DNA of 64,000 bases from Candidatus Parcubacteria bacterium (GCA_046050355.1 JBJOPW010000002.1:1-64000), one strand, 5' to 3'; shown: positions 21,170 to 31,917, numbered from the stretch's first letter. Notes: generated from the sequence alone by a model not told the origin. Made by a program: numbers and translations.

Positions 21170-22900
21170 CTATACGATGTATTTAGAGATATCGATTTCC
21201 TCATCAGATGCTGGTGGTTGGTCTTTAGCCCGTCTCACATTTTGGAGATCTACCACCCGCTCAAGTTCATCAATGGTAGTAATGCCGGCGAGCACCTTCA
21301 TCATACCGTCCTCAGCCATACTTGGAATATTTTGGGGCGCGGCGGCGTCGAGTATCATAACCTCACGTGGGTCCCGAATGACAATTTCTTCGACAGCGTC
21401 ATCAATCACAATTGCTTCAAACACACCAACTCGTCCCTTAAAACCAGTGCCACCACAAGCATCGCAACCAACACTTTCATACAGATTCAAATCATCAGCA
21501 ACTGCAACTGGCTCTGGGTAGTGAGCCAGTGTCTGACGAATGATTTCTAGTTGTTCTTTACTGGCGACACCGGCTTTTTTGCAGTGTGGACACAATACGC
21601 GGACCAACCGTTGACCGAGCATCACATTGACCGAACTACCAATAATGCGTGGATCAACACCGAGGTCAATGAGGCGAGGGAAACCACCGGCGGCACTATT
21701 AGTGTGGAGGGTTGAGAATACGAGGTGACCCGTTTGTGCAGCGTGAATAGCGGTCTCGGCTACTTCACGGTCACGGATTTCACCCACCATGATAATATCG
21801 GGGTCTTGGCGGAGAATGGCTCTCAGGCCTGAAGCAAAGGTGTAGTCGGGGCCAATTTGAGTTTGGACAATACCAGGCAATTTGTACTCCACTGGGTTTT
21901 CAATAGTGATGATTTTTTTCTCACTATCATGTACCGCTCGTAAAAAGGCGTAGAGCGCGGTAGTTTTACCCGAACCAGTTGGACCGGTGGTGATGATCAG
22001 TCCATTTGGACGCTTAAGCTCTCGCTCCATGACAACTTTGAGGTAGGGATTAAGATCAAGTTTATCAATACTAAAGCTAGCGACACTCGGATCAAGGAGA
22101 CGCATTACCATTGATTCACCACCTGCTCCGGGGATTACTGATGCACGCACTTCAATCTCAGTATCACCAAAAACAAATTGAAACCGCCCGTCCTGAGCCT
22201 CTTTCTTCTCGTTGAGGGTCATGCCAGAAAGGAGTTTAAGACGACTCATGAGACGTCCATACAAGTGAGTGTCAATATCGGCAATATCAAGGAGTACACC
22301 ATCAAGACGATATCGTAAGCGAATACCGGTTGCTGCTGGTTCAATATGTATATCAGAAGCCTTGAGTGCTAGTGCTCCAGCAAACATCAGTTCGAGCGTC
22401 TCAGAAATTTGTCGAGGACTGTTTATTGTCGATATTTTTGTTAACGCCAAAGTCACATCACTAATGGTTTTTATGGCGCCAGCCGTAGCATTAATAGCCT
22501 CGGTGTTAATATCAAGAATACCTCGTTTGCTCGCGGTGGTCATTTTTTGGTCAGCGTACCGCAGGAGGCCATGTTCGATACTGGCACGAGAAGCCAAAAA
22601 GACTGAGAGCGTATAGCCAGCTCGTTTTAATTCGTTCAATAATTGTCCGGTGTTCGGTTCTTGCGGCGCCATCACTGCCACTGACAGGTTTTGTCGTGTT
22701 AAAGCAAAGGCAACCACTTTTGTTTGTTTGGCACGTTCTTCGGGGATTTTGGTCAACGCTTCAGGATTGATAGTGACGCCGTGGAGGTCGATATACGTGA
22801 GACCATACTGTAATGCGAGTGTTTGCATTAAGGTTTCCTCACCACGCTTGCGGAGATCGGCGAGTCGCTTTGTTGTGTCATCATCATGAAACTGATCCAT
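21170..22900 (-). CDS. Type IV pilus assembly ATPase (PilB/GspE family)
   Basis: ASDIHIEP, GPTGSGKTT, LRQDPD, TGHLVFSTLHTN, tetra-Cys Zn site. Confidence 0.93.
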   Translation of the reverse strand: MDQFHDDDTTKRLADLRKRGEETLMQTLALQYGLTYIDLHGVTINPEALTKIPEERAKQTKVVAFALTRQNLSVAVMAPQEPNTGQLLNELKRAGYTLSVFLASRASIEHGLLRYADQKMTTASKRGILDINTEAINATAGAIKTISDVTLALTKISTINSPRQISETLELMFAGALALKASDIHIEPAATGIRLRYRLDGVLLDIADIDTHLYGRLMSRLKLLSGMTLNEKKEAQDGRFQFVFGDTEIEVRASVIPGAGGESMVMRLLDPSVASFSIDKLDLNPYLKVVMERELKRPNGLIITTGPTGSGKTTALYAFLRAVHDSEKKIITIENPVEYKLPGIVQTQIGPDYTFASGLRAILRQDPDIIMVGEIRDREVAETAIHAAQTGHLVFSTLHTNSAAGGFPRLIDLGVDPRIIGSSVNVMLGQRLVRVLCPHCKKAGVASKEQLEIIRQTLAHYPEPVAVADDLNLYESVGCDACGGTGFKGRVGVFEAIVIDDAVEEIVIRDPREVMILDAAAPQNIPSMAEDGMMKVLAGITTIDELERVVDLQNVRRAKDQPPASDEEIDISKYIV

Positions 22901-22987
22901 ACCCGTATTGTACACGAGAGATGACGCCATGGTGACCTAATTGGTGGAAGGCGACAGTGGGTTTTTTCGGTGTTACAATGCGATCAT

Positions 22988-23434
22988 ATGGAAACCTACA
23001 CGGCTCCGACTTTAGCTGTTTTGGGAGAGGTAGCAGCAAAAGTTCTGGCTAGTTTAAAACACACTTCAAAACCAGGGGCAGTTGTGCTCACGTTAACGGG
23101 TGAACTGGGAGCAGGTAAGACTGCTTTTGTGCAACAGCTCGGTCTTCATTTAGGAGTTACTGAGACGATGGTGAGTCCAACGTTTGTTGTTATGAAGCGC
23201 TACCAGACCACCGACGCTGTTTTCGCTAACCTGGTGCACATTGACGCCTACCGTTTAGAAGACGGTGCCGAAGTGGCGCCACTTCACATAGAAGAAATTT
23301 TTAATGAACTTAATACCCTTGTTTGTATTGAGTGGGCATCAAACATGAGAGACACACTCCCTGAAGCACCCGCTTCCCTAGAGATTATTGATACTAACGG
23401 CGTCCGGACGCTCACCTACATACCTGCCCTATGA
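22988..23434 (+). CDS. tsaE: tRNA threonylcarbamoyladenosine biosynthesis ATPase TsaE
   Basis: GELGAGKT, SPTF, HIDAYRL, IEW. Confidence 0.95.
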   Translation: METYTAPTLAVLGEVAAKVLASLKHTSKPGAVVLTLTGELGAGKTAFVQQLGLHLGVTETMVSPTFVVMKRYQTTDAVFANLVHIDAYRLEDGAEVAPLHIEEIFNELNTLVCIEWASNMRDTLPEAPASLEIIDTNGVRTLTYIPAL

Positions 23435-25818
23435 CCAAAAAACCTACACCCGAGACGCTGGTATTACTTGATGCACATGCCATATTACACCGCGCCTTTC
23501 ATGCGTTGCCAGATTTTGCGTCTCCGAGTGGTGAACCAACTGGTGCGCTCTATGGGGTAGTCGCCATGCTCCTCCGTATCATCGAAGAGTTTAAGCCAAC
23601 GTACATCGCAGCTTGTTTTGATTTGCCTGAGCCGACCTACCGACATGATGCGTATGCTGACTACAAAGGTACTCGTACCAAAACTGATGAGGCGCTCGTC
23701 ATGCAGATCAAGCGCTCATATGATATTTTTGCTGCTTTTGGGATACCGGTGTTTGAAGTGCCTGGTTTTGAGGCAGACGATATGCTTGGCACTATCGCGC
23801 ATCAGATGAAGGAGCATAAAGCCATTGAAGTTGTCATCGCCTCGGGGGACATGGACACGCTCCAATGTGTCGATAAGAAGCGAGTCAGAGTCTATACCCT
23901 CAAAAAAGGTATCAACGACACTATTCTCTACGACGAAGCAGCGGTCGTGGAGCGTTTCGGCTTTCCACCCAAGCTCGTTCCAGACTACAAGGGTCTGCGT
24001 GGAGACACCTCAGACAATATTCCGGGCATCAAAGGGATTGGTGAAAAAACTGCTAGCGATCTCATTCAGCAATTTGGGAGTCTCGAGGCTATTTACAAAG
24101 TACTCAAAAAAGATCCAGAAAAGTTGAAAGCCGCTGGCATCAAAGATCGGATGGTGAATCTCCTCAAAGATGGCGAAGAGGAAGCGATGTTCTCCAAGAT
24201 GCTTGCCACCATTCGGACTGATGCACCAATTTTGGTAGATGTGGCGTCACTACGCTGGCGCGAAAAACTCGACGGCGAGCGCATCAGCGCTCTCTTTGGA
24301 GAGTTTGGTTTTCGTACTTTAGGAGCTCGGGTCAAAAATATTGTGGGAGCGGTGATGCCAGAAGCAGCACCACTTACTGCGACGACGGCTGTTAGTCGAA
24401 AGCAGCTCACCCGTCTGCAAATATTCCTCTGGCTCCTTGAGAGTGAACGCACAAACGCCTCACTGGAAGATATTATTGACTACGGTCGAGCCTACCTTGG
24501 GACTACCGATCCAACCGCTATTGAGAAGGTACTCGAGACAAGACTCAAAGAAGAGGGGACTTGGCGCGTCTACGAAGAGATTGAGGCGCCACTGGTGCCA
24601 GTTCTCGCTTATATGCACGAGATAGGAATCTCGCTTGATGTGCCGTATCTTAAAACCTTGTCGGTGACGATGCATAAAGAATTGGCGATACTTGAAACGA
24701 CTATTTATGAAGCGGCTGGGCAGACGTTTAATATCAATTCACCTAAGCAGCTGGGCGATATTCTCTTCGATACCCTTGGCCTCAAACCAAAGCAGCAAAA
24801 AAAGACTGCTGGCGGTCAGCGTTCGACCAAAGAGTCGGAGCTCGAAAAGATGCGCGATATGCATCCGATTATCAATCACATTATGCGCTACCGTGAGTTA
24901 CAGAAATTGGTATCAACGTACATTGATAATCTGCCAACGTACGTGGCAGACGATGGGCGCGTCCACACGACCTTTATCCAGACTGGGGCAGCGACTGGCC
25001 GGATGGCGTCCCAAAACCCCGGGTTGCAAAATATCCCCGTTCGTACCGAAGAGAGTCGGGCAATTAGGCAAGCGTTTATAGCCTCACCCGGCTATACTCT
25101 AGTATCAATCGACTACTCTCAGATTGAGTTGCGGGTCGCAGCGATTTTGTCACAAGATGAAAAACTCATTGATATCTTTAAGCGGGGAGAGGATGTCCAT
25201 ACCGGGGTTGCGATGCGCGTGTTTGGGGTCTCGGCGGAGGAAGTTACTAAAGAGATGAGGCGCAAAGCGAAGGTGATCAACTTCGGGATTCTCTACGGTA
25301 TGGGCGTCAATGCTCTACGAGGGAACTTGGGTGAGGACACGAGTCGGGAGGAGGCCCAACAATTCTTCACCGCGTACTTTAATACGTTTACCCGTTTGGC
25401 AGAGTACCTCGAAGATACCAAAGCGGCGGCGCGCCGTGATGGGTATACCGAAACGCTCTTTGGTCGCCGACGACACTTCCCAGGGATTAACTCTGGTGCA
25501 CCATTTATCCGCGCTATGGCCGAGCGCATGGCGATAAATGCGCCGGTACAAGGGACAGCCGCTGACATGATGCGGGTTGCCATGATCAACATCTACACTC
25601 GACTCACAAGTGACAAAAAAACTGACACGGTGCGCATACTCCTCCAGGTCCACGACGAACTTGTGTTTGAAATCAAAGACGAGGTACTGAAGGAAGAAAT
25701 TGGTGTCTTGAAAGCCGAGATGGAAGCGGTGCTTACCGGCTACGAGACCTACGGCGTACCGCTGACAGCCGAAGCCGCGACAGGCAAGAATTGGGGGGAG
25801 TTGGTACCCTACAAATAA
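23431..25818 (+). CDS. polA: DNA polymerase I (5'-3' exonuclease plus polymerase; reduced 3'-5' exonuclease region)
   Basis: EADD, GDTSDNIPG, DYSQIELR, KVINFGILYG, QVHDE. Confidence 0.97.
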   Translation: MTKKPTPETLVLLDAHAILHRAFHALPDFASPSGEPTGALYGVVAMLLRIIEEFKPTYIAACFDLPEPTYRHDAYADYKGTRTKTDEALVMQIKRSYDIFAAFGIPVFEVPGFEADDMLGTIAHQMKEHKAIEVVIASGDMDTLQCVDKKRVRVYTLKKGINDTILYDEAAVVERFGFPPKLVPDYKGLRGDTSDNIPGIKGIGEKTASDLIQQFGSLEAIYKVLKKDPEKLKAAGIKDRMVNLLKDGEEEAMFSKMLATIRTDAPILVDVASLRWREKLDGERISALFGEFGFRTLGARVKNIVGAVMPEAAPLTATTAVSRKQLTRLQIFLWLLESERTNASLEDIIDYGRAYLGTTDPTAIEKVLETRLKEEGTWRVYEEIEAPLVPVLAYMHEIGISLDVPYLKTLSVTMHKELAILETTIYEAAGQTFNINSPKQLGDILFDTLGLKPKQQKKTAGGQRSTKESELEKMRDMHPIINHIMRYRELQKLVSTYIDNLPTYVADDGRVHTTFIQTGAATGRMASQNPGLQNIPVRTEESRAIRQAFIASPGYTLVSIDYSQIELRVAAILSQDEKLIDIFKRGEDVHTGVAMRVFGVSAEEVTKEMRRKAKVINFGILYGMGVNALRGNLGEDTSREEAQQFFTAYFNTFTRLAEYLEDTKAAARRDGYTETLFGRRRHFPGINSGAPFIRAMAERMAINAPVQGTAADMMRVAMINIYTRLTSDKKTDTVRILLQVHDELVFEIKDEVLKEEIGVLKAEMEAVLTGYETYGVPLTAEAATGKNWGELVPYK

Positions 25819-25853
25819 TAAGATGCGAAAAAGGCGCCCTCGGGCGCCTTTGT

Positions 25854-26276
25854 TCAGGCCGCTTTTCGCGATAGGCGGCGAGGCTCTGCGAGCCAGTTGG
25901 CCACGGTATCTTTCCAGCTGGGAGTACTCGTGTTCACGAACGTGGCGTTACCAAAACTGCACATACTCGGTCCCAGGTTCCAGACACGCTGCTCACCGTC
26001 CACGACAATATAAACTTTGTCAGCAGAGTGATTCACGAGGATTGGAAGGTCGGGCAGCTTGTTTTTTTGGCGAGTCTCGTTAAGGTCACGAATCTTTTGC
26101 AAGAAACTGTGACCATTTGTCGTACCGATGACTGCGTCCATGATGATGACATCGAAACTGCTCTCTTTCAGCATTTCGGTAGCTTCGTCATAGCCGCTTG
26201 CGGTCAATACTTGATGACCAGTCAGCGATGTTGTGGGAAAGTTACCCACGACAAGGACTTTGTTTGGCATACTCAT
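25854..26276 (-). CDS. Receiver-domain-like hypothetical protein
   Basis: KVLVV...FDVIIMD...NGHSFLQKIR resembles a CheY-like fold; RBS GGAGG before the ATG. Confidence 0.5.
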   Translation of the reverse strand: MSMPNKVLVVGNFPTTSLTGHQVLTASGYDEATEMLKESSFDVIIMDAVIGTTNGHSFLQKIRDLNETRQKNKLPDLPILVNHSADKVYIVVDGEQRVWNLGPSMCSFGNATFVNTSTPSWKDTVANWLAEPRRLSRKAA

Positions 26277-26371
26277 GCCTCCTTCAGGATCTATTCTGCG
26301 CACACTGTAGTCTTTTGAATAATGTCTGTCAACCCAACACCGGTTCATATTCTTTGATACAATAGTTTTAT

Positions 26372-27076
26372 ATGTTGAAGCTCTACTACGGAACCGACAC
26401 CATCAAGGTGAGACAAACCGCAATGGCCGAAGCCGATGCGCTGCGGGAGGGAGGCGTCAGTGTCGAGCGACTCGAAACCAAAGATATTACTGCAGCCAGA
26501 CTCATTGATATCGCCTCCTCAATCTCACTCTTTGGTGGTGAGACGGCCTATGTATTTGATACGCCGTCGGAGGATAAAGAAGTAGAAGAGATACTCTTAA
26601 CCCAGTTACCGGCTTTGGCTGAAAGTGGACACACGATACTTGTTATAGAGACGGCAGTCTTGGCGGCGGTAAAAAAGCGGTATGAAAAAGTCGGAGCAGA
26701 ACTCGTTGAATATAAAAAAGAAGCTGGCAAACAGACCTTCGATCCGTTTCTGTTGGCTGGGGCCCTCCTCACCAAAGACAAAAAGTCCATGTGGATGCTC
26801 CTCACTGAATCGGTTCGACTTGGTATCTCGGAAGAAGAGACAGTAGGAATTATTTGGTGGCAACTGAAGACCTTGCGGTTAGCAAGTATCGGGAGGTCGG
26901 CAGAGGAGGTGGGGCTGAAGTCCTATCCATACGATAAGGCGAAGCGCGCGTTGCGGAACTTTGCACCAGGGGAGTTGGAGCGGTTGTCACAGTCGTTACT
27001 TCAAGTACATCATGAAGCGAGAAGTGGGAAGACGGAGTTGGGGGTGGGGTTGGAACGGTGGGTGTTGGGGGTGTAG
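26372..27076 (+). CDS. holA: DNA polymerase III delta subunit-like protein
   Basis: LYYGTD, SLFGG, C-terminal LERWVL; typical short CPR HolA. Confidence 0.75.
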   Translation: MLKLYYGTDTIKVRQTAMAEADALREGGVSVERLETKDITAARLIDIASSISLFGGETAYVFDTPSEDKEVEEILLTQLPALAESGHTILVIETAVLAAVKKRYEKVGAELVEYKKEAGKQTFDPFLLAGALLTKDKKSMWMLLTESVRLGISEEETVGIIWWQLKTLRLASIGRSAEEVGLKSYPYDKAKRALRNFAPGELERLSQSLLQVHHEARSGKTELGVGLERWVLGV

Positions 27077-28500
27077 TTACTAAAATCTATTTATATACAA
27101 TGATATGTTAAATATCTTTCGGGAGCTAGCAAAAATAGGGGTGAAAAAAAGTTTTCATGCGATTGAATTACCGCTCCAAGTAACATTTTCAGATCAAACA
27201 ATATATAAAAACATTGCAGCAGAAAAAAGTAACGATATTGTTCAAGTGTATTTAAAATCTGCAAAAGCAGAACGATGGTTTGTAACAATGGGGGGAGTTG
27301 GTTTTGCTGAGGCGTTTCATCAGCAACTTGTTAACATTTCAGACGATGACTTCCAACGCTTGATTGAGTTTGGTCGAGAGGCATTTATTTCTGCGAAGCC
27401 ACCACTTCTTGTTCGAATCCGGCAATATTTTTATGAAAGGCAGGTTAACAATAAGAATTTTGACCAAGCTAAAGAGAATGCAGTTTTTCACTACAATTAC
27501 CCAGCTCGTTTCTACGAGCTTATTCAAGGTAAAACGTATGGGTATGTTGAAGGGTATTGGCAAGATGGCACTGAGACACTCGATGAGTCTATGCATAATC
27601 GTTTCAACTACATGTGCAAAAAAATGTTTTTAAAACCGGGTATGAAAGTCGCTGAAGTTGGCTCGGGTTGGGGGTATATGACCAACTTAATGGCGCGTGA
27701 CTATAAAGTAATGGTTGATACCTACGGGTTAGTAAAAAACCAAAATGAGACATTGCTTGAACAAGCAAAAGAGTGGGGAGTTTCAGATTCCGTCAATTTG
27801 TTGGAAGAAGATCATCGTGCACTTAGTAAACGGAAGGGTCTGTATGACCGTTATGTCTCGCTCGGAGTTTTTGAACATGCTGGGAAAGATTGTCAAGAAG
27901 CTTGGATCAAAAGTATCGCAGATAGTTTAAAAATAGGAGGCATTGGTCTTCTCTCGGTAATGACGTACAGCAAAGAGCAGTATACAGATTTTATTACAAC
28001 AAAATATATTTTTCCAGGCGGTAACATTCCTAGTATTTCTAAAGTCATTCACTTACTTGAAGCGCATGGTCTTTATGTTTTGGATCTAGAAAATGCTCGG
28101 TATCATTATGGTCTTGCAGCCTTAGAGTGGCTGAAGAACTTTAAGAACAATTGGCCAGAAATACAAAAACTCGATCCAGTTAGATTCAATGAGCGTTTTC
28201 GCCGAACGTGGTTTTTATATCTTATGGGAGCAGGCACTGCTTTTATGAGTCCTAAATCTAATCTTTCAGTCCAACAAATCGTCTTTAGTAAAGGAAGAAG
28301 TCATAATTACCCAAAGACACGTAATTTTTTATATAACGATAACTAGATATACCTAACTACTTCACTTATAAAATGTTCATGATTTCAGTAATTTCTATCC
28401 CTAAGAAGGTGGCAGGAACATCGTTGCGGGCTCACCATGAAGCGAGAAGTGGGAAGACGGAGTTGGGGTGGGGTTAGAGCGGTGGGTGTTGGGGGTGTAA
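27011..28500 (+). repeat. ~65-bp imperfect direct repeat (27011-27076 and 28436-28500) duplicating the holA 3' end
   Basis: CATGAAGCGAGAAGTGGGAAGACGGAGTTGGGG...CGGTGGGTGTTGGGGGTGTA occurs at both positions. Confidence 0.9.
27105..28346 (+). CDS. Cyclopropane-fatty-acyl-phospholipid synthase family methyltransferase
   Basis: FHY, EVGSGWG, SLGVFEH, KYIFPGG, RFRRTWFLYL. Confidence 0.9.
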   Translation: MLNIFRELAKIGVKKSFHAIELPLQVTFSDQTIYKNIAAEKSNDIVQVYLKSAKAERWFVTMGGVGFAEAFHQQLVNISDDDFQRLIEFGREAFISAKPPLLVRIRQYFYERQVNNKNFDQAKENAVFHYNYPARFYELIQGKTYGYVEGYWQDGTETLDESMHNRFNYMCKKMFLKPGMKVAEVGSGWGYMTNLMARDYKVMVDTYGLVKNQNETLLEQAKEWGVSDSVNLLEEDHRALSKRKGLYDRYVSLGVFEHAGKDCQEAWIKSIADSLKIGGIGLLSVMTYSKEQYTDFITTKYIFPGGNIPSISKVIHLLEAHGLYVLDLENARYHYGLAALEWLKNFKNNWPEIQKLDPVRFNERFRRTWFLYLMGAGTAFMSPKSNLSVQQIVFSKGRSHNYPKTRNFLYNDN

Positions 28501-28529
28501 TTTTCGTTGTAGTTTTTCTGTCATAGTTT

Positions 28530-29111
28530 ATGAGAATCTACGTAGGAGGTGTTAATGGCTGTGGTAAGACAACAGTTCTAAGAGAACTTTCAGAGATAAC
28601 AAAACTACACTACGTACACGCAACGACTGACTTTATGGACTTTTTAGATATCTCAAATGATTATGCTGAACTAAGACAAATCTCTACCAATATTCGTGAT
28701 AAAAAGTTTAAGCAGTACGTAAGCGATTTGATATCAAACCAAGATAACTTTTTATTAGACAGTCATTACACAAATCTAGTGAACGGCGAAAGAAATCAAA
28801 TAATCTCAGATTGGATTAAAGCTTTTGATGCTGTAATTTTGATTACTGCGCCGGCAGACCAATTGTTAAATCGGATTGAAAGTGGTGAAAAGGATAGAGC
28901 TTTATTTTTGGAAAGCAATAGCACAGAACAAAAGCTAGTGGTTTTGCAAGATTATCAAAACTGGGAAAATAATTTATTTCATCAGTATGTAAGGAAACAT
29001 AAGCTGACATCAATTATAATTAATAATGGTGATGGTTTGTTAAAAAATTCTATCTCTGTACTTAAAAATTTCTTGAGTTCAGTTGATACTAGGAATCGGT
29101 CACCACTGTAA
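28530..29111 (+). CDS. P-loop nucleotide kinase (adenylate-kinase-like)
   Basis: GVNGCGKTT, LLDSH; AT-rich. Confidence 0.75.
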   Translation: MRIYVGGVNGCGKTTVLRELSEITKLHYVHATTDFMDFLDISNDYAELRQISTNIRDKKFKQYVSDLISNQDNFLLDSHYTNLVNGERNQIISDWIKAFDAVILITAPADQLLNRIESGEKDRALFLESNSTEQKLVVLQDYQNWENNLFHQYVRKHKLTSIIINNGDGLLKNSISVLKNFLSSVDTRNRSPL

Positions 29112-29325
29112 GGTATATTATTTCGCATGGCATATAACCTACTTAATAGTCGCGTAAGCGCCCAGTAGGGCTCGACCCTTACAGGGTCAGGACACCTTTT
29201 GGGCCCTTTATTTCGCTGTGCTCATAAAGTTCTGCAAAAGGTTTTCGATCCCTAACGAACAGTCTCCCAGACTGTTCTCTGGGCGCACATATGAAAAGAC
29301 CCAAAGCTTTGGGTCTTTTCATATG

Positions 29326-29398
29326 TGCGCCCAGTAGGGATCGAACCTACGACCTTCTCCTTAAAAGGGAGCTGCTCTACCGGCTGAGCTATAGGCGC
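29326..29398 (-). tRNA. tRNA-Lys(UUU)
   Basis: Cloverleaf GCGCCTA...TGGGCGCA; anticodon loop CT-TTT-AA; GGTTCGATCC T arm. Confidence 0.95.
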
Positions 29399-29547
29399 AT
29401 ATTATTTTTTGCTATGAAGGCCGTCTCTCCTTAATAAGGGTGAAGAGTGTGGGACACTGTTCACGCGGACCGAGGTGAGCTATAGGCGCATATAGTATTG
29501 TGGGCACTCATTTTTGCACCGCAAAAATGTGCGTGCACTATACCATA

Positions 29548-29946
29548 TTAAATTGGTAAATCAAATGCCAGTGCGCCAGCCCCCGTAATAAAGAGGCAGA
29601 TGCCAATAGCGAGGAGGAGTATAGTAGTTCGTATATCAGGGAAACTACTATCAGTGAAGTAACGGCGGAGGAGGAGTAACTTGAGGCACCACAGTATAGA
29701 CAAGAGGGTGGCCACTTGGGTCGCGAGACCAATCACAAACAATCCACCGATAATAAACTCGACGATGATAATAAGGGTGATTCCGGCCTTTGGCCAGGGG
29801 AATAGTGGGAGATGAAAGGTTGTAGCTATCCGCTTGGCGTCTTGCCGATGCCGGAGCGCTAACTCGAGCCACACCAAGCCAACCACAATCCGTAAGAGCG
29901 CATACCCAAAGAGGGCGAGGAATTGGAGGGGGACTAGATTCAGCAT
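29548..29946 (-). CDS. DoxX-family membrane protein
   Basis: LLRIVVG, EFIIGGLFVIGLATQ, GAGALAFD. Confidence 0.8.
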   Translation of the reverse strand: MLNLVPLQFLALFGYALLRIVVGLVWLELALRHRQDAKRIATTFHLPLFPWPKAGITLIIIVEFIIGGLFVIGLATQVATLLSILWCLKLLLLRRYFTDSSFPDIRTTILLLAIGICLFITGAGALAFDLPI

Positions 29947-29970
29947 ACCTACTCTGGTAGTCTAGCACAT

Positions 29971-30435
29971 ATGCGGTATGTCATTCTTTATAATATAAGA
30001 AGCAAGTACAACGTCGGGGCTATCTTCCGCACCGCCGATGCGGCCAAGGTGAGTAAGTTGTTTTTGGTTGGACACACACCCGCTCCACAAGATCGTTTTG
30101 GACGAATCGATACCGAAATACAAAAAACCTCGTTGGGGGCGACCATGTCGGTCTCGTGGGAATCGGTGGTTGATGGCAAAGCTCTTATCGAGCGTTTGCA
30201 AGCTGATGGGGTAGAGGTAGTGGCGGTTGAAATTGCACCAGGGAGTATCTCGCTGTATGACTATAAACCGGCCGAGCACGTAGCCTATATTTTTGGTAAT
30301 GAAGTAGAGGGGGTACCCTCAGACATTCTTGATCGAGTTGATACTATTCTTGAAATCCCGATGGGTGGTATCAAGGAATCACTTAATGTGTCAGTGACCG
30401 CCGGGGTGGTATTATTGCATCATCCATATGATTAA
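29971..30435 (+). CDS. TrmH/SpoU-family RNA methyltransferase
   Basis: NVGAIFRT, GNEVEG, IPMGGIKESLNVS. Confidence 0.93.
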   Translation: MRYVILYNIRSKYNVGAIFRTADAAKVSKLFLVGHTPAPQDRFGRIDTEIQKTSLGATMSVSWESVVDGKALIERLQADGVEVVAVEIAPGSISLYDYKPAEHVAYIFGNEVEGVPSDILDRVDTILEIPMGGIKESLNVSVTAGVVLLHHPYD

Positions 30436-31906
30436 TCAGAGCACGCTCCGTAACGGGCTTCTATCGTACCCAAAACTGGCAGCGCTGATGCTTGGGGGAG
30501 GATTAGGTACGGCTTTTATTTGGCCAATGGCGATGCCGATTGCTTGTATAGCCATCCTTCTCTCTCTAGACCTTATAGAACGACTTGATCAAACCAAACT
30601 ACCGAGCACATTAATGATTTTCTTTGGTGCTAAGGCACTGGTGTCACTTGTATGGTTTTGGTACACCTATCCAATCGTATGGTTGTTTGAATTGGCACCG
30701 AGTACCCAGCTGATAGCCATTTTCTTGTACTGGGTAACCGCCGCGTTATGGCTTTCGACCGCTGGTATCGTACTGGCGTTGTTGTGGCGGGTGTTTAGTT
30801 TTTGGTGCTCACGAATATACCTCCTCCCGCTGTTATGGGTAGTGGCAGAATACCTTGGGGCAGTCGTTTTTTCTTTACTAACTATTGGACCGGGAGCATA
30901 CATCACGGGTGCGTTTTCGTTTGGCCACATTGGTTACCTCTTTGTATGGTTGGCACCATTGGCGCAGTGGGGCGGGGTTTATGGTGTTGGCATATTTGGA
31001 TTATATGGAATCGTTATGGTCTATCAATTCCTACGCACAAAACAAAAAGGGGTGGCCATAATTTCAATGAGCGTGATGATCGGGTTGTATGGTGTGTCTG
31101 ATGTAATGCTCAGCGAGAACAAACCAGACACAGCTATTACCCTTGTTAATACAACATTTGATAGCTCGGTAGCAGCCGAAGAACGGCAAAAAGCACTTGG
31201 AGAAATGGTCGCCAGTGCATTGGCTACCGAATCGGATTACATATTACTCCCTGAAGACGCTCGCTATTTATATGCTTTTGAATCACAGCGCGTCGGAGCG
31301 CAAGTGGCTATAGAGGCGTGGCAAATATTGCATGCGACCAAGACCCCTATCATGATTGATAGTGGTCGCACCCCCGACCAATCTACCGGCCAGGCGATAC
31401 AACGAGCATATATATGGGGAAATGGGAATAATATTTATACTGCCGAAAAGCAGTACTTGGTACCACAAGGTGAATATATGCCGACCCTCTATACATTTTT
31501 GTTGCGAGTGGCCGGGTTACAGGAGGTGGCGGATACTCTCACCGAGACAATTAATTATCGGTCGAGTAACCGGGTGGTAGAGGCTCATGCCCCAGCTTCA
31601 ATACCAAATATACTTTTCTGTTTTGAGAGTGTTAGCCCACTGGCAGCCAAGCGGTTGGTACAACAGCGCCCGAGTGATTTTATTGTACACCCCATGTCAC
31701 ATAGCTGGTTCCATACTCCCACTATGCTCTGGCGCCAGCTCGATAGCATGCTTCGCTTTCAAGCCATATACGCACAAACACCAATTGTGAGTGTCGGCAA
31801 TGAAGTGGCAGGTAAGTTGTATTTACCGACCGGTCAGGTGGTGGTTCCTCGAACTGTTGCCGCATTTCCGTACGGTAGCATTGATACGTTTACGATGGAT
31901 ATCTAA
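30428..31906 (+). CDS. Apolipoprotein N-acyltransferase-like protein
   Basis: Multi-TM N-terminus plus nitrilase triad LPE / KQYLVPQGEY / CFES. Confidence 0.8.
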   Translation: MINQSTLRNGLLSYPKLAALMLGGGLGTAFIWPMAMPIACIAILLSLDLIERLDQTKLPSTLMIFFGAKALVSLVWFWYTYPIVWLFELAPSTQLIAIFLYWVTAALWLSTAGIVLALLWRVFSFWCSRIYLLPLLWVVAEYLGAVVFSLLTIGPGAYITGAFSFGHIGYLFVWLAPLAQWGGVYGVGIFGLYGIVMVYQFLRTKQKGVAIISMSVMIGLYGVSDVMLSENKPDTAITLVNTTFDSSVAAEERQKALGEMVASALATESDYILLPEDARYLYAFESQRVGAQVAIEAWQILHATKTPIMIDSGRTPDQSTGQAIQRAYIWGNGNNIYTAEKQYLVPQGEYMPTLYTFLLRVAGLQEVADTLTETINYRSSNRVVEAHAPASIPNILFCFESVSPLAAKRLVQQRPSDFIVHPMSHSWFHTPTMLWRQLDSMLRFQAIYAQTPIVSVGNEVAGKLYLPTGQVVVPRTVAAFPYGSIDTFTMDI

Positions 31907-31917
31907 CTGACCCGGCA

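Noticed and set aside
29419-29491. Second tRNA-Lys
   Set aside because: Only the 5' end and part of the anticodon arm are duplicated; there is no T arm or complete cloverleaf.
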